64,000 bases of DNA. It comes from Alphaproteobacteria bacterium (lineage in GTDB: Bacteria; Pseudomonadota; Alphaproteobacteria; UBA828). The notes under the pieces are model-generated. The model made no database searches. It was not told the DNA's origin and worked only from the letters and a program-made list of their open reading frames with translations. Made by a program: the position numbers and the translations under genes. The DNA lies in NCBI GenBank assembly GCA_963667785.2, contig CAXXMU010000005.1:224001-288000 (forward strand). The letters run 5' to 3'. The first letter of the stretch is position 1. Each line of letters starts with the position of its first letter. Shown one piece after another: positions 42,658 through 52,079 of this stretch.

Positions 42658-43655
42658 GGCGCGCCGCTCCGCACCCCTTGCCCGCACCAGCGCCCCACCC
42701 AGGTACGCACCGGGGCGAGCGCGGGGTGGGCGAGGGCGCTGTCGAGATGCCACCAGACCCGGGGCAGATGGGCGAGGTAGCCGGGCTTGCCGTCCCGCTT
42801 CGCCAGGCGGTGGAAGACACCGATGATGCGCAGGGCGCGCTGAGCGCCGAGGATGGCGTAGGCCGCGCGGAACGCTGCCTCGTCGACGCCGGGCGCCGCA
42901 TCGAGGTAGCGCGCCACCATGGCCGCCTCGAGGCCCGCGCCGAGGTCGCGGCGCGCGTCCTGAAGCAGGGAGACGAGGTCGTAGGCGAGCGGTGCCGCCC
43001 GCGCGTCCTGAAAGTCCAGCAGCCCGACCCGGCGGAGCCCGCGTCCGCTGCAGCCGCCATCGCCTCTCGCGGGCAGCCACATCAGGTTGCCGGCGTGGAA
43101 GTCGCGCAGGGAGAGCGCATGAGGCCCCTCCGCCGCCTCTTCCAGGGGCCCGCGCCAGGCCGCCACGAATTCCGCTGCGGCATCCCCTGTCGTCCCATCG
43201 AGAGCGCTGTCGAGAAAGAGCGCCGCATCGTCGAGCATCCACGCAGGATCGTAGCGCGGAAGGTCGGGCGGCAGCGGCTGCCGGTGGAGATCGACCAGCA
43301 GATCGGTCGCGGCCTCGTAGAGCGTGCGTTCGAGAGTGATCCCGCCTCCACGCGCGAGCAGGGCGGCGAAGCTGTCGTCGCCGAGATCCTCGAGCAGGAC
43401 GAAGCCCTGCTCCGCGTCCGCGGCGAGCACGGCGGGCGCGCTGTAGCCCATGCCGCGCAGCAGGCCGGCGACGCGCAGGAAGGGGCCGGTGGAGGCCTGC
43501 GGCGGCGGATCGTCCATGAGCACGGCCGAGGACTCGCCCCGCGTGAGCCGCTCGTAGCGCCGCGCAGACGCATCGCCGGCGAGCGGGGCGCACGCCGCAT
43601 CGCCCCAGCCTGCCGCCGCGACGAAGGCCCGGCGCCGGCGCGCACGCTCGTTCAC
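42654..43655 (-). CDS. amgK: Anomeric MurNAc/GlcNAc kinase (APH family, AmgK-like)
   Basis: LAGDASARRYERL, LLEDLGD, LRDFHAGNL, LDFQDA, YDLVSLLQDAR, RDGKPGYL. Confidence 0.87.
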   Translation of the reverse strand: MNERARRRRAFVAAAGWGDAACAPLAGDASARRYERLTRGESSAVLMDDPPPQASTGPFLRVAGLLRGMGYSAPAVLAADAEQGFVLLEDLGDDSFAALLARGGGITLERTLYEAATDLLVDLHRQPLPPDLPRYDPAWMLDDAALFLDSALDGTTGDAAAEFVAAWRGPLEEAAEGPHALSLRDFHAGNLMWLPARGDGGCSGRGLRRVGLLDFQDARAAPLAYDLVSLLQDARRDLGAGLEAAMVARYLDAAPGVDEAAFRAAYAILGAQRALRIIGVFHRLAKRDGKPGYLAHLPRVWWHLDSALAHPALAPVRTWVGRWCGQGVRSGAP

Positions 43656-44113
43656 CGCGCGCGCTCCAGCTTCCCGAGCAGCGCGCGGGCGCGCGGGCCG
43701 CAGGCAACGACGGTGACGCAGCGAGTCTCCGGCGCGTCGCCATGCGCGAGATGCACCTCGAGCCGGTCCGCCGGCATGATGGCGCCGAGCTTCTCCGGCC
43801 ATTCGACGAGCGAGATCGCGTCCGAGAACGCGTCCTCGATGCCGAGCTCCCAGGCATCCTCGGCCGCATCCAGGCGGTAGAGGTCGAAGTGCCAGATCGC
43901 GCCCGCCGCATGTTCGTAGAGTTGCACCAGGGTGAAGGTGGGGCTCGGCACCTCCTCTCCGCTGCGGCCGAGGCGGGCGCGGATGAAGGCGCGCGCGAAG
44001 GTGGTCTTGCCGCTGCCGAGGGGGCCGGCGAGCCCGATCACGTCGCCGCGTGCGACATGTGGGGCGAGGCGCCTGGCCAGCGCCTCCGTGGCGGCCGGCC
44101 CGTCTGCGCGCAG
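43652..44113 (-). CDS. tsaE: tRNA threonylcarbamoyladenosine biosynthesis ATPase TsaE
   Basis: GPLGSGKTTFAR, VPSPTFTLVQ, HFDLYRL, LVEWPE. Start uncertain: the first canonical start (GTG 44041) omits the N-terminal helix, so CTG at 44113 is proposed. Confidence 0.92.
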   Translation of the reverse strand: MRADGPAATEALARRLAPHVARGDVIGLAGPLGSGKTTFARAFIRARLGRSGEEVPSPTFTLVQLYEHAAGAIWHFDLYRLDAAEDAWELGIEDAFSDAISLVEWPEKLGAIMPADRLEVHLAHGDAPETRCVTVVACGPRARALLGKLERAR

Positions 44114-44171
44114 GGCAAGCGACGCGCGCGGCGCGGCTTGCGCGTGGTCTCCGGCGCGGCGCGCCCTATCG

Positions 44172-45467
<1,296 letters not shown>

Positions 45468-45557
45468 TCCCCGGTCCCTGCCTGCCTGCGCACCCGTGCC
45501 GCTCCGTAGCCGGCGCGGCTTTTAGCACCGCCGCCGGAGCCTCACAACAGGGGCGCC

Positions 45558-47360
45558 TCAGGAGCCCTTGGCGAAGCCGTCGACGAGCTTGGCGATGCGG
45601 CCCGCCTCGGACTGGTCCAGCAGCTCGTCCGCATGGCGTGCCGCCGCTTCCGCGTCGAGCGCGAGGATGCGCTGCTTCACGCGCGGCAGATGGGGCGGCG
45701 CCATCGAGAGGTCGCGCAGGCCGAATCCCAGCAGCATGGCGGTGAAGCGGGGATTGCCCGCAAGCTCGCCGCAGAGGTTGACGGGCAGGCGCGCGCGGCG
45801 TGCGGCGTCGGTGGCGAAGCGGATGAGCCGGAGAACGGCCGGATGGAGGGGGTCGTAGAGGTGCGCCACCTGCTCGTCGCCGCGGTCGATCGCGAGCGTG
45901 TACATGGTGAGGTCGTTGGTGCCGAGCGAGAAGTAGTCGCAGGCGCCGGCCAGCGCGTCCGCAGCCAGCGCCGCACCGGGCGTCTCGATCATGATGCCGA
46001 GCGGCGGTTCCGGCTCGATCGGCACCCGCGCCCGGGTCAGGCGGCGGATCGTCTTGTCCACGGCCTTGCGCACGTGCCTGATCTCGTCGACCGAGGTGAT
46101 CATCGGCACCAGGATGCGCACCGGCCCGTGGGCGCCGGCCCGGAGGATCGCGGCGATCTGCGCCTCGAGCAGCGCCGGCGTCTTGAGCGAGAGGCGGACG
46201 GCGCGCAGGCCGAGCGCCGGGTTGACGCTCGGCGTGATGTGCTCGCCGAGGGAGTAGGCGAGCTTGTCGGAGCCCACGTCGAGGGTGCGCACCGTCACCG
46301 GCGCGCCCGCCATGCCGTCGACGATGTCCTTCAGCGCGACATACTGCTCGTCCTCGCTCGGCGGCTCGTCGCGGTTCATGTAGAGGAACTCGCTGCGCAG
46401 GAGCCCGATGCCCTCGGCGCCGGCCTCCTGGGCCAGCGCCAGCTCGTTGGGCAGCTCGATGTTGCACTGCAGCGTCACGCGCGCACCGTCCTGCGAGACG
46501 GCCGCCACTTGGCGCAGCCGGGCGAGCTGGCGCTCGCGCCGCTCCAGCGCCCGGCGGCGGCGTTCCAGCCGGGCGATCGTCGCCTCCTCGGGGTTGACCA
46601 CGAGCCCGCCGCGCACGCCGTCCACCGCCACGATGTCGCCGGAGCGCACCGCGCCCTTGAGCCCGGCGACGCCGAGCACCGCCGGCAGGCCCAGCGAGCG
46701 CGCCATGATCGCGGTATGCCCCTCGGCCCCGCCGAGCGCCGCGGCGAAGCCGCCGACGCGGGCCGGGTCCATCAGCGCGGTATCGGCCGGCGTGATCTCC
46801 TCGGCGATGACGATGGTGCCCGGCGGCACGCCGGAGAACGCCTGGTAGCCGGCGCGGGTGAGGTTGCGCACCAGCCGGGCGCTCGCCTCCCGCACGTCGT
46901 CGATCTTGCCGGCGAGGTAGGCATCCTCCATCCCGGCGAAGGCCTGCGCGATCTCCGAGAGCTGCACCTGCACCGCCGCCTCCGCGTTGATGCGGGCATC
47001 GCGGATGCGGGCCTCCACGCCGCGCACGAGGCGCGAGCCGGAGAGCATCAGGAGGTGTGCGTCGAGCAGATAGCGCAACTGGCCCGCGACCTCCTCCGGC
47101 AGCGTCTCGGCCTTGGCCTGCAGGCCGTGGATCTGGGACACGGAGAGGGTGACGGCTTCGCGGAAGCGCGCGATCTCGGCGTCGACCGCATCCGCCTCGA
47201 TGCGGTATTCGGGCACGTCGATGAGGCCGCGCTCGACGACATGTGCCGGCCCTACGGCGATTCCGGCGGATACGCCGAGCCCGGTGAAGTGCCGCTCGGG
47301 CTGGCGGGGCGGCTCCCCGGCCGGGGCCTCTGCGGCGGCAGAGCCCGCCTCAGTCTTCAT
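45558..47360 (-). CDS. ptsP: Phosphoenolpyruvate-protein phosphotransferase (PTS Enzyme I, no GAF domain)
   Basis: GHTAIMARSLG phospho-His, GIGLLRSEFL, RTLDVGSDK, NPALGLRAVR, SLGTNDL, CGELAG. Confidence 0.95.
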   Translation of the reverse strand: MKTEAGSAAAEAPAGEPPRQPERHFTGLGVSAGIAVGPAHVVERGLIDVPEYRIEADAVDAEIARFREAVTLSVSQIHGLQAKAETLPEEVAGQLRYLLDAHLLMLSGSRLVRGVEARIRDARINAEAAVQVQLSEIAQAFAGMEDAYLAGKIDDVREASARLVRNLTRAGYQAFSGVPPGTIVIAEEITPADTALMDPARVGGFAAALGGAEGHTAIMARSLGLPAVLGVAGLKGAVRSGDIVAVDGVRGGLVVNPEEATIARLERRRRALERRERQLARLRQVAAVSQDGARVTLQCNIELPNELALAQEAGAEGIGLLRSEFLYMNRDEPPSEDEQYVALKDIVDGMAGAPVTVRTLDVGSDKLAYSLGEHITPSVNPALGLRAVRLSLKTPALLEAQIAAILRAGAHGPVRILVPMITSVDEIRHVRKAVDKTIRRLTRARVPIEPEPPLGIMIETPGAALAADALAGACDYFSLGTNDLTMYTLAIDRGDEQVAHLYDPLHPAVLRLIRFATDAARRARLPVNLCGELAGNPRFTAMLLGFGLRDLSMAPPHLPRVKQRILALDAEAAARHADELLDQSEAGRIAKLVDGFAKGS

Positions 47361-47649
47361 CGAAGCCGCCATTTACCAGCCCGGCGAGCGCCGCCAGCGC
47401 GGCGGCTGCCGCCGGCCCCCTGGTCTCGATCTCGATCTCGCTGCCCGGCTTCGCCGCCAGCATCATCAGCCCCAGGATCGAAAGCCCGGAAACCCGTGTT
47501 CCGTTGCAGGAGACGGCGACATCGGCATCGAAGCGCGCGGCGGTCTCCACAAAGCGGGCGGCGGCGCGCGCGTGCAGCCCGCGCCGGTTGCCGATCAGGC
47601 AGGTGCGGCGGTGGCTCTCCGCGCCGGGTCGGGACGCCGCCTCGCTCAC
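47350..47649 (-). CDS. ptsH: HPr-family phosphocarrier
   Basis: NRRGLHARAAARFV (His15), SILGLMML (Ser46), GFDE. Confidence 0.94.
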   Translation of the reverse strand: MSEAASRPGAESHRRTCLIGNRRGLHARAAARFVETAARFDADVAVSCNGTRVSGLSILGLMMLAAKPGSEIEIETRGPAAAAALAALAGLVNGGFDED

Positions 47650-48053
47650 GCCTTGCCGCCCTCGAGCAGCTGGCCGGCGACATGGATATGGGCACGGCCC
47701 GCCTCCTCCGCGCTGGCGACGGCGCTCCGCAGGTCGCTGTCCGCCCGCACGCTGGCGAGCTTGATCAGCATCGGCAGGTTCACGCCGGCGATCACCTCGA
47801 CCTTCGCCTTGTCCATGATCGAGATTGCGAGGTTGGACGGCGTGCCGCCGAACATGTCGGTCAGCACGATCACGCCCTGGCCCTCGTCGGTGGCGCCGAC
47901 GGCATCGAGAATCTCCTGGCGGCGCTGCTCCATGTCGTCGTCGGGGCCGATGCAGATGGCCCGCGTGGCGCGCTGGGGGCCGACGACGTGCTCGGTCGCC
48001 GCGATGAACTCCTCGGCGAGCCGGCCGTGGGTGACAAGCACGAGTCCGATCAT
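47646..48053 (-). CDS. PTS EIIA, mannose/fructose family
   Basis: MIGLVLVTHG, LTDMFGGTPSN, GVNLPML. Confidence 0.94.
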   Translation of the reverse strand: MIGLVLVTHGRLAEEFIAATEHVVGPQRATRAICIGPDDDMEQRRQEILDAVGATDEGQGVIVLTDMFGGTPSNLAISIMDKAKVEVIAGVNLPMLIKLASVRADSDLRSAVASAEEAGRAHIHVAGQLLEGGKA

Positions 48054-48057
48054 CGTC

Positions 48058-48993
48058 TCACCCCGCTGCCTGCTTCGCCGGCTCGTCGGCGCCCATGTCG
48101 GTGTCGGTGTCGCCGTCGAGGTCGCGGTGGCGCACCGACACCGTCCATCTCCCCTCATCAAGCGCTTCGGCCAGATGCTCCGCCACGGCGACGGAGCGGT
48201 GCCGCCCGCCCGTGCATCCCACAGCGACCGTGAGATAGGACCGGCCATCCCGCTCGAAGGCCGGCAGAAGCGGCCGCAGCAGCGCCACGATGCCGTCGAC
48301 GAAAGTGTGATAGGCCGGGTCTTCCCGCACCCGGCCGGCGACCTCGGGGTCGAGCCCGGTGAGCGGCCTCAGCGCCGGCTCGTGGTGCGGATTGGCCATG
48401 AAGCGCACGTCGAACACGAAGTCGGCCTCCGCTGGCACGCCGTGCCGGAAGGCGAAGGAAACGACGAAGATCGCCGGCGCCTGCCCTGCTCCGGGCCGGA
48501 AGCGGTCGGCAACGATGCGGCGGAGATCGCGGACCGAGAGCGCGCTCGTGTCGATGGCGAGATCCGCCCGTTCGCGGAGCCGGCCGAGCAGGGCGCGCTC
48601 GCGCCGGATGCCGTCCTCGACCGGCCGGTCGTGGGCGAGCGGATGGCGGCGCCGGGTTTCGCTGAAGCGCCGGCGCAGGACCTCGGTCTCGCAGTCGAGG
48701 AAGAGGAGCGCGAGGCCGGCTGGCCCGCTCCGGCCGGGAGCGGGCTCCAGGTGGCGCTCGATGTGGGCGGGGTCGAAGCCCCGGGTGCGCGAATCGATTC
48801 CGAGCGCGAGCGCCCCCTGGCGCTCGCCGTCGCCGCGCGCCTCGATCAGCTCCGGCAGCAGCGAGAGCGGCAGGTTGTCGATCGCCTCAAAGCCCAGATC
48901 CTCCAGGATCTTGAGCGCCGTCGACTTGCCGGCGCCGGACATGCCCGTCACCAGCACCAGGGTGCGCTCGCCGGGGCCTGCCGCGCCCATCAC
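48058..48993 (-). CDS. rapZ: RNase adapter protein RapZ
   Basis: VTGMSGAGKS, IDNLP, FSETRRRHPL, DVRF..NP, GCTGGRHRSV. Confidence 0.96.
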   Translation of the reverse strand: MMGAAGPGERTLVLVTGMSGAGKSTALKILEDLGFEAIDNLPLSLLPELIEARGDGERQGALALGIDSRTRGFDPAHIERHLEPAPGRSGPAGLALLFLDCETEVLRRRFSETRRRHPLAHDRPVEDGIRRERALLGRLRERADLAIDTSALSVRDLRRIVADRFRPGAGQAPAIFVVSFAFRHGVPAEADFVFDVRFMANPHHEPALRPLTGLDPEVAGRVREDPAYHTFVDGIVALLRPLLPAFERDGRSYLTVAVGCTGGRHRSVAVAEHLAEALDEGRWTVSVRHRDLDGDTDTDMGADEPAKQAAG

Positions 48994-49439
48994 CCGGCCG
49001 ATTCCGCCCTCTGCGCCCGCGCCTCACCCGCGGCCTGCGCGAGCGCGAGCCTGACCTTCGCCGGCGCCGAGGCTTCGAAGGGCGCAAGGGCTGCGCGCGC
49101 GAGCCGGTGGCCGCAGAGATCGGCGGTCGCGGGCTCGGGCATGCGCGCGACCGCGTCCCGCGGGGCGAGGTCCACCACGAGGTGGACCGGGCATTCGGCC
49201 AGGTATTCCACCCTGACGATGCCGACCCCGCGCACCTCGAGCAGCCCGGCGATGGTGGCGGGCGGGGCTGCGAGAAGCCTCCCGCCGTCACTGCTCAGCG
49301 CCACCTGATCGTCCGCGACCAGCACAGCACCGGCCTCGATGAGGCGGAGCGCGAGATCGGACTTGCCGGCGCCGGGGGCGCCGCGCAGGAGCACGCCCCT
49401 GCCGCCGAGGGCGACGCAGCTCGCATGGACCAGGACCAT
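48990..49439 (-). CDS. hprK: HPr kinase/phosphorylase (short alphaproteobacterial form)
   Basis: HASCVA, GAPGAGKSDLALRL, LVADDQV, LLEVRGVG. Confidence 0.92.
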   Translation of the reverse strand: MVLVHASCVALGGRGVLLRGAPGAGKSDLALRLIEAGAVLVADDQVALSSDGGRLLAAPPATIAGLLEVRGVGIVRVEYLAECPVHLVVDLAPRDAVARMPEPATADLCGHRLARAALAPFEASAPAKVRLALAQAAGEARAQRAESAG

Positions 49440-49507
49440 GGGGTGACGGTGGGGCGCGCCCGCGCACCTGTCAATCGGACGGTCGCCGCCGGGCGGGCGG
49501 GAGCGGC

Positions 49508-49972
49508 TCACGTCCGTGCGGCGCCGGCGGCCGCGGTGAGCACGGCATAGAGCGCCTCCGCGCTGTCGGCGCCCCGCAGGCGGGCGCACGCGCGCTCGTC
49601 CCGCAGCAGGCGGGAGACTAGCGCCAGCGCCTTGAGATGGTCGGCGCCCGCCGTGTCGGGCGCGAGCAGCAAGAAGACGAGATCCACCGGCCGTTCGTCG
49701 ATCGCGTCGAAGGCGATGGGCTCGCGCAGGCGGGCGAACACCGCCGAGACCTGTTCCAGGCCGGCGAGCTTGCCGTGCGGGATCGCGACGCCCGCGCCGA
49801 CCCCGGTGGAGCCCAGGCGCTCGCGCGCGAGCAGGATGTCGAGGATGGCCCGCTCGTCCCGTCCCGTCTGCGTCGCTGCGATGGCGGCAAGCTCCTGCAG
49901 GGCCTGCTTCTTGCTGCCGGCTCGGAGGCCGTCCACGACGTCGCCGAGCGACAGCAGATCCGCGATCTCCAT
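49508..49972 (-). CDS. ptsN: PTS IIA-like nitrogen regulatory protein
   Basis: SKKQALQEL, RERLGSTGVGAGVAIPHG, PVDLVFLLLAP, GADHLKALA. Confidence 0.96.
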   Translation of the reverse strand: MEIADLLSLGDVVDGLRAGSKKQALQELAAIAATQTGRDERAILDILLARERLGSTGVGAGVAIPHGKLAGLEQVSAVFARLREPIAFDAIDERPVDLVFLLLAPDTAGADHLKALALVSRLLRDERACARLRGADSAEALYAVLTAAAGAART

Positions 49973-50053
49973 TACCCGGCCGCTTCCCTTGTCGCCATCG
50001 GCTGCAGCGCGCGGTCGCGGATGGCGGCGGCCGGCAGCCGGCCGCGCCGCCGC

Positions 50054-50410
50054 TCAGTCGGCAGGTTCCAGCGGAGCCGCGGCGTCGTCCGCGGCCCTCG
50101 CTCCGCGCGGGCTCTTGTGATGGTCGCGCAGCTTGCGCTTGTGCCGTCGCATGCGCTTCTCGAGCCGCTCGGCGGCGATGCTGAAGCTCGCCGTCATGTC
50201 GGCCGCGGACGCGTGGCTCTGAAACCTGATCCCGTGGCCGACGTGGATCATGAGATCGGTCTCGATCATCTGCGCCACCTTGACGAACACCGCCTGCGCG
50301 TCGATGGCGGTGGCGAAGAACTTTCCGGCCGAGGTCTCGAGGCGCCGCGTGACCTGGTCGCGGAAATGATCGTTGACGCTGACGTGCCGTCCGGTGATGG
50401 CGATCTGCAT
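50054..50410 (-). CDS. raiA: Ribosome hibernation promoting factor (RaiA/HPF), short form
   Basis: MQIAITGRH...KFF...H...AERLEKRMRRHKRKLRDHH; 118 aa; upstream of ptsN. Confidence 0.88.
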   Translation of the reverse strand: MQIAITGRHVSVNDHFRDQVTRRLETSAGKFFATAIDAQAVFVKVAQMIETDLMIHVGHGIRFQSHASAADMTASFSIAAERLEKRMRRHKRKLRDHHKSPRGARAADDAAAPLEPAD

Positions 50411-50503
50411 TCGTGCCCTCGCGGTCTCGCTTCTGCGACGGATTATAGGCGACCCGGGCCGGAGCCGGGAAGCACGGTCGGACGCCGAGCGGGGGGATGA
50501 CGG

Positions 50504-50575
50504 TGCCGCCGGGAAGAATTGAACTTCCGACCCCTCCCTTACCAAGGGAGTGCTCTACCCCTGAGCTACGGCGGC
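50504..50575 (-). tRNA. tRNA-Thr(GGT)
   Basis: GCCGCCGTAGCTCAGGGGTAGAGCA-CTCCC-TTGGTAA-GGGAG...GTTCAATT...CGGCGGCA cloverleaf; CCA not encoded. Confidence 0.96.
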
Positions 50576-50663
50576 GCGGGCGCGAACTTGCCACAGCGAA
50601 AGCCCGCCGGCAACGGGCCGATGCGGCGCTCACGGGCGAGCGGCACGTCCCGTCGATAGGGCC

Positions 50664-50722
50664 TTGACCGCCCGCGATCCCTGACTATATTGCACTGCAG
50701 CATGATGCTGCGCTGCAATATA
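50664..50722 (+). promoter_or_regulatory. Phasin promoter with overlapping PhaR-type operator palindrome
   Basis: TTGACC (50664) and TATATT (50686); near-perfect palindrome TATATTGCACTGCAGCAT-G-ATGCTGCGCTGCAATATA containing two TGC-N3-GCA boxes. Confidence 0.75.
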
Positions 50723-50819
50723 CGAGGCCGTATGCGAGCCGCGTGACGGATTGTTTGACGGGCCGTCACAGGGCGGCGCTGGCATCCCCGAACGACTGCG
50801 AAACCGAAGGGTGAGAGAA

Positions 50820-51236
50820 ATGACCACCAAGTCCGACACCACCAGCAAGGCCGGCGCGTCCGGCCCCAAGTCCCCCTGGAACGGCGCGTCCGCGCTCGAG
50901 ACCATCGCCGAGGAAAGCCGCGCGAACTTCGACAGCGTCGCGGCCGCGTCGGCGATCGCCGCGCAGGGCTACGGCGCGATCGGCAGCGCCTGGTTCGACT
51001 TCGCCAAGGAGGCCATGGCGGCCCAGGCCGGCGCGGCAGAGGCGCTCATGGGCGCCCGCAGCTGGGCCGAGCTCAGCGAGGCCCAGGCCGGGCAGGCGAA
51101 GGACGCGCTCGACCGCACCGTGGCCGCCGGCAACCGGATCGCCGACATGACGGTCAAGACCACCGGCGAGGCGATGGCGCCGATCCGCGCGCGGGCGGAA
51201 GAGCTCGCCCAGCGCTACGGCACGCCCGCCGTCTAG
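50820..51236 (+). CDS. Phasin family protein
   Basis: Ala-rich amphipathic helical 138-aa protein (ANFDSVAAASAIAAQG, ARSWAELSEAQ, EAMAPIRAR) with a PhaR-type operator upstream. Confidence 0.82.
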   Translation: MTTKSDTTSKAGASGPKSPWNGASALETIAEESRANFDSVAAASAIAAQGYGAIGSAWFDFAKEAMAAQAGAAEALMGARSWAELSEAQAGQAKDALDRTVAAGNRIADMTVKTTGEAMAPIRARAEELAQRYGTPAV

Positions 51237-51255
51237 CACCTCCTGCGATTGCGGC

Positions 51256-51293
51256 GGCAAGGGCCCGGAGCCGGTCGGTTCCGGGCCCTTGTC
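51256..51293. terminator. Hairpin between convergent phasin and purN (bidirectional terminator candidate)
   Basis: GGCAAGGGCCCGGAGCC-N4-GGTTCCGGGCCCTTGTC long stem. Confidence 0.7.
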
Positions 51294-51956
51294 TCATGGA
51301 TCGCCTGTGCCCGGTGCCGGGTTGACGAGGGCGCCGGCGGGTGCGGGAGCAGCGACGACGCAGCGCTCGCCCGCGACCGAGACACGGCCCTCGGCGACGA
51401 GCCGGACGGCGAGCGGCAGGCAGCGGTGCTCCTCGCGCAGCACGCGGGCGGCGAGGCTCTCCGCCGTGTCGTCGGCCAGCACCGGGACCGCCGCCTGGAC
51501 GATGATCGGCCCGTCGTCGACCTCGGCGCGCACGAAGTGGACCGTGCAGCCGGCGAGGCGGACTCCCGCCGCGATCGCCCTGGCGTGCGTGTCCAGCCCC
51601 TTGAAGGCGGGGAGCAGCGAGGGGTGGATGTTGATCAGCCGGTCGCGCCAGCGCTCGACGAAGTCCGCCGTCAGCACCCGCATGAAGCCGGCGAGAACGA
51701 CCAGCTCGACGCCTTCGGCCTCCAGCGCCTCGCTCAACGCCTGCTCGAAGGCGGCGCGGGAGCCGTAACCGCGGTGGTCGATGACGCGGTGGGGAAGGTC
51801 CGCGCGCGCGGCGCGGGAGAGGCCGAACGCATCGGCCCGGTTGGCGAGCACCAGTGCGATCTCGCTCGCGGCGTCGGCACGGGCGCAGTCGTCGATGAGG
51901 GCCTGAAGATTGGTGCCGCTTCCCGAGATCAGGACGCCCACCCTCAGCCGTGCCAT
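51294..51956 (-). CDS. purN: Phosphoribosylglycinamide formyltransferase
   Basis: LISGSGTNLQAL, LAGFMRVL, INIHPSLLP, GCTVHFV, DDGPII, EH. Confidence 0.97.
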   Translation of the reverse strand: MARLRVGVLISGSGTNLQALIDDCARADAASEIALVLANRADAFGLSRAARADLPHRVIDHRGYGSRAAFEQALSEALEAEGVELVVLAGFMRVLTADFVERWRDRLINIHPSLLPAFKGLDTHARAIAAGVRLAGCTVHFVRAEVDDGPIIVQAAVPVLADDTAESLAARVLREEHRCLPLAVRLVAEGRVSVAGERCVVAAPAPAGALVNPAPGTGDP

Positions 51957-52079
51957 GTCGTCCCCCCGCCGTCGCCGGCCGCCGCCGGTCGCCTTGCCCC
52001 GGACCCCATGATACCCTGCGGGCGGGCTTTCCGCCGTCGCCGGCTGCAGCCCGTTCGACCGCACCGCAGGGCCGGACCC

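Noticed and set aside
45468-45557. SAH riboswitch upstream of ahcY
   Set aside because: No GAGGAGCG...AGGCUC...CGCUC pattern; the spacer is short and promoter-like.
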